From Octopus vulgaris (Eukaryota): 64,000 bases of DNA. The notes beneath the pieces are model-generated. The model was not told the DNA's origin. It made no database searches and saw only the letters and a program-made list of their open reading frames with translations. A program made the translations under genes and the position numbers. The stretch's first letter is position 1. Every line of letters begins with the position of its first letter. Shown here piece after piece: positions 62,876 to 64,000 of this stretch. The DNA is taken from assembly GCA_951406725.2 (NCBI GenBank), contig OX597829.1:34348001-34412000 (forward strand). The letters are read 5' to 3'.

Positions 62876-64000
62876 TACATGCAATTGAAGAATTAGACTT
62901 TTCTGTTATATTTTTTTGTAATGAACTGGAATACCTATGTTTTGAATTTCATCAAAATTGCAGATGAGGGTTATTTCCATCTTTACACACCCTAAAAAAA
63001 TTGTAATCGTGCCACATATATCCCATACTACTGATTTTTATGCGCATATTCCAAAATTCCAGTCTTATAGAACCTGTTAAAAGGATTTTGCTCCTGAAAA
63101 ATAGAGGTCATGGAGCTGTAAAATGTGAGAGTTAAGGCCCCTATTGGGGGTAGGTGTCTTAATATCAACCAAAGAAGTTGAATTGTTGAAAATATTTTTA
63201 ACTTGGGTCATATCTATTGTTTGAATTTCTTTGAAATAGGAAATATATGTTCAGTGGGTTTGAAAAAGAGAGCAAAGCTACAGGAAACCAAAAGACGAAT
63301 GATCACAATAAGCAGTCATCTACCCTACGCTAGTTGTTACCACTCCCAAAAGAGGATTCCTCACCATCCAGGTGACAGGTACAGCTGTAAGATGCATTAC
63401 GAATCTATAGCAATTGGAAGGGCATGACCCAACTGAAATAAACATTAACAACTGTGCGATGTGAGGGCTAAGGAGAAATGAAAGTGTCACCTCTGGAGTT
63501 TGCAAATAACCACTATACTGATACGTAACTGGACAGAATAAATTTACAATCTATAAATGTCTTTGAATAACCAGTCACTCATCTGGGAAGGCCTTGAAAT
63601 CAATGTTACCATCTGGGGACTATGTGTGACCTAGTGATAATAAAAAGACTGAAAGGAGGTCTGCAACCAAATAACTTTACTCAATACTTTGCAACTGAAT
63701 CAGTGGAGGCAAAGATGCCTCTCATTTACTTGACAGTTTATGCACCACATTGCAGAAATCACAATCTAAGTGTATGTCAAAGCAAACTCTTACACTGTTG
63801 TACCATTGAATTACAAATAATGCTCATCTTTTATGCTCGGGTGACCCTACAGCTTCCAAGAGTGCAACTGTATTCATCTTTGCTTAGATAAAATGACTAA
63901 ATTGTGGGTGTTAAGTCCCCATGAAGGGGTCTTTCTAACTTGTAAGAAGATAAAATTTTATAAATATTACTTCATTTATGTGTAAAATCTATGGATAAAA

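Overview
AT-rich, repeat-dense animal genomic DNA. The tRNA-SINE, RTE and Penelope content points to an Octopus genome (inference). The window holds the 3' part of a + strand diaphanous-related formin gene: 13 internal exons traced by hand with consistent phases (GBD/FH3 end, coiled coil, FH1, FH2, DAD) plus two candidate alternative last exons. One intron (36852-37760) is a U12-type AT-AC intron with an in-frame GT-AG pair nested inside it, and it also carries a tRNA-headed element containing a hammerhead-ribozyme motif. The introns are filled with decayed RTE LINEs, a HERO-like non-LTR fragment, mariner/piggyBac/hAT elements, tRNA-derived SINEs and many Penelope-like fragments. About a dozen type-I hammerhead motifs from several unrelated families accompany the Penelope-like fragments, some inside long fold-back elements. 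No prokaryotic features or CRISPR arrays were found. All calls were made by eye without alignments, so repeat boundaries are approximate.
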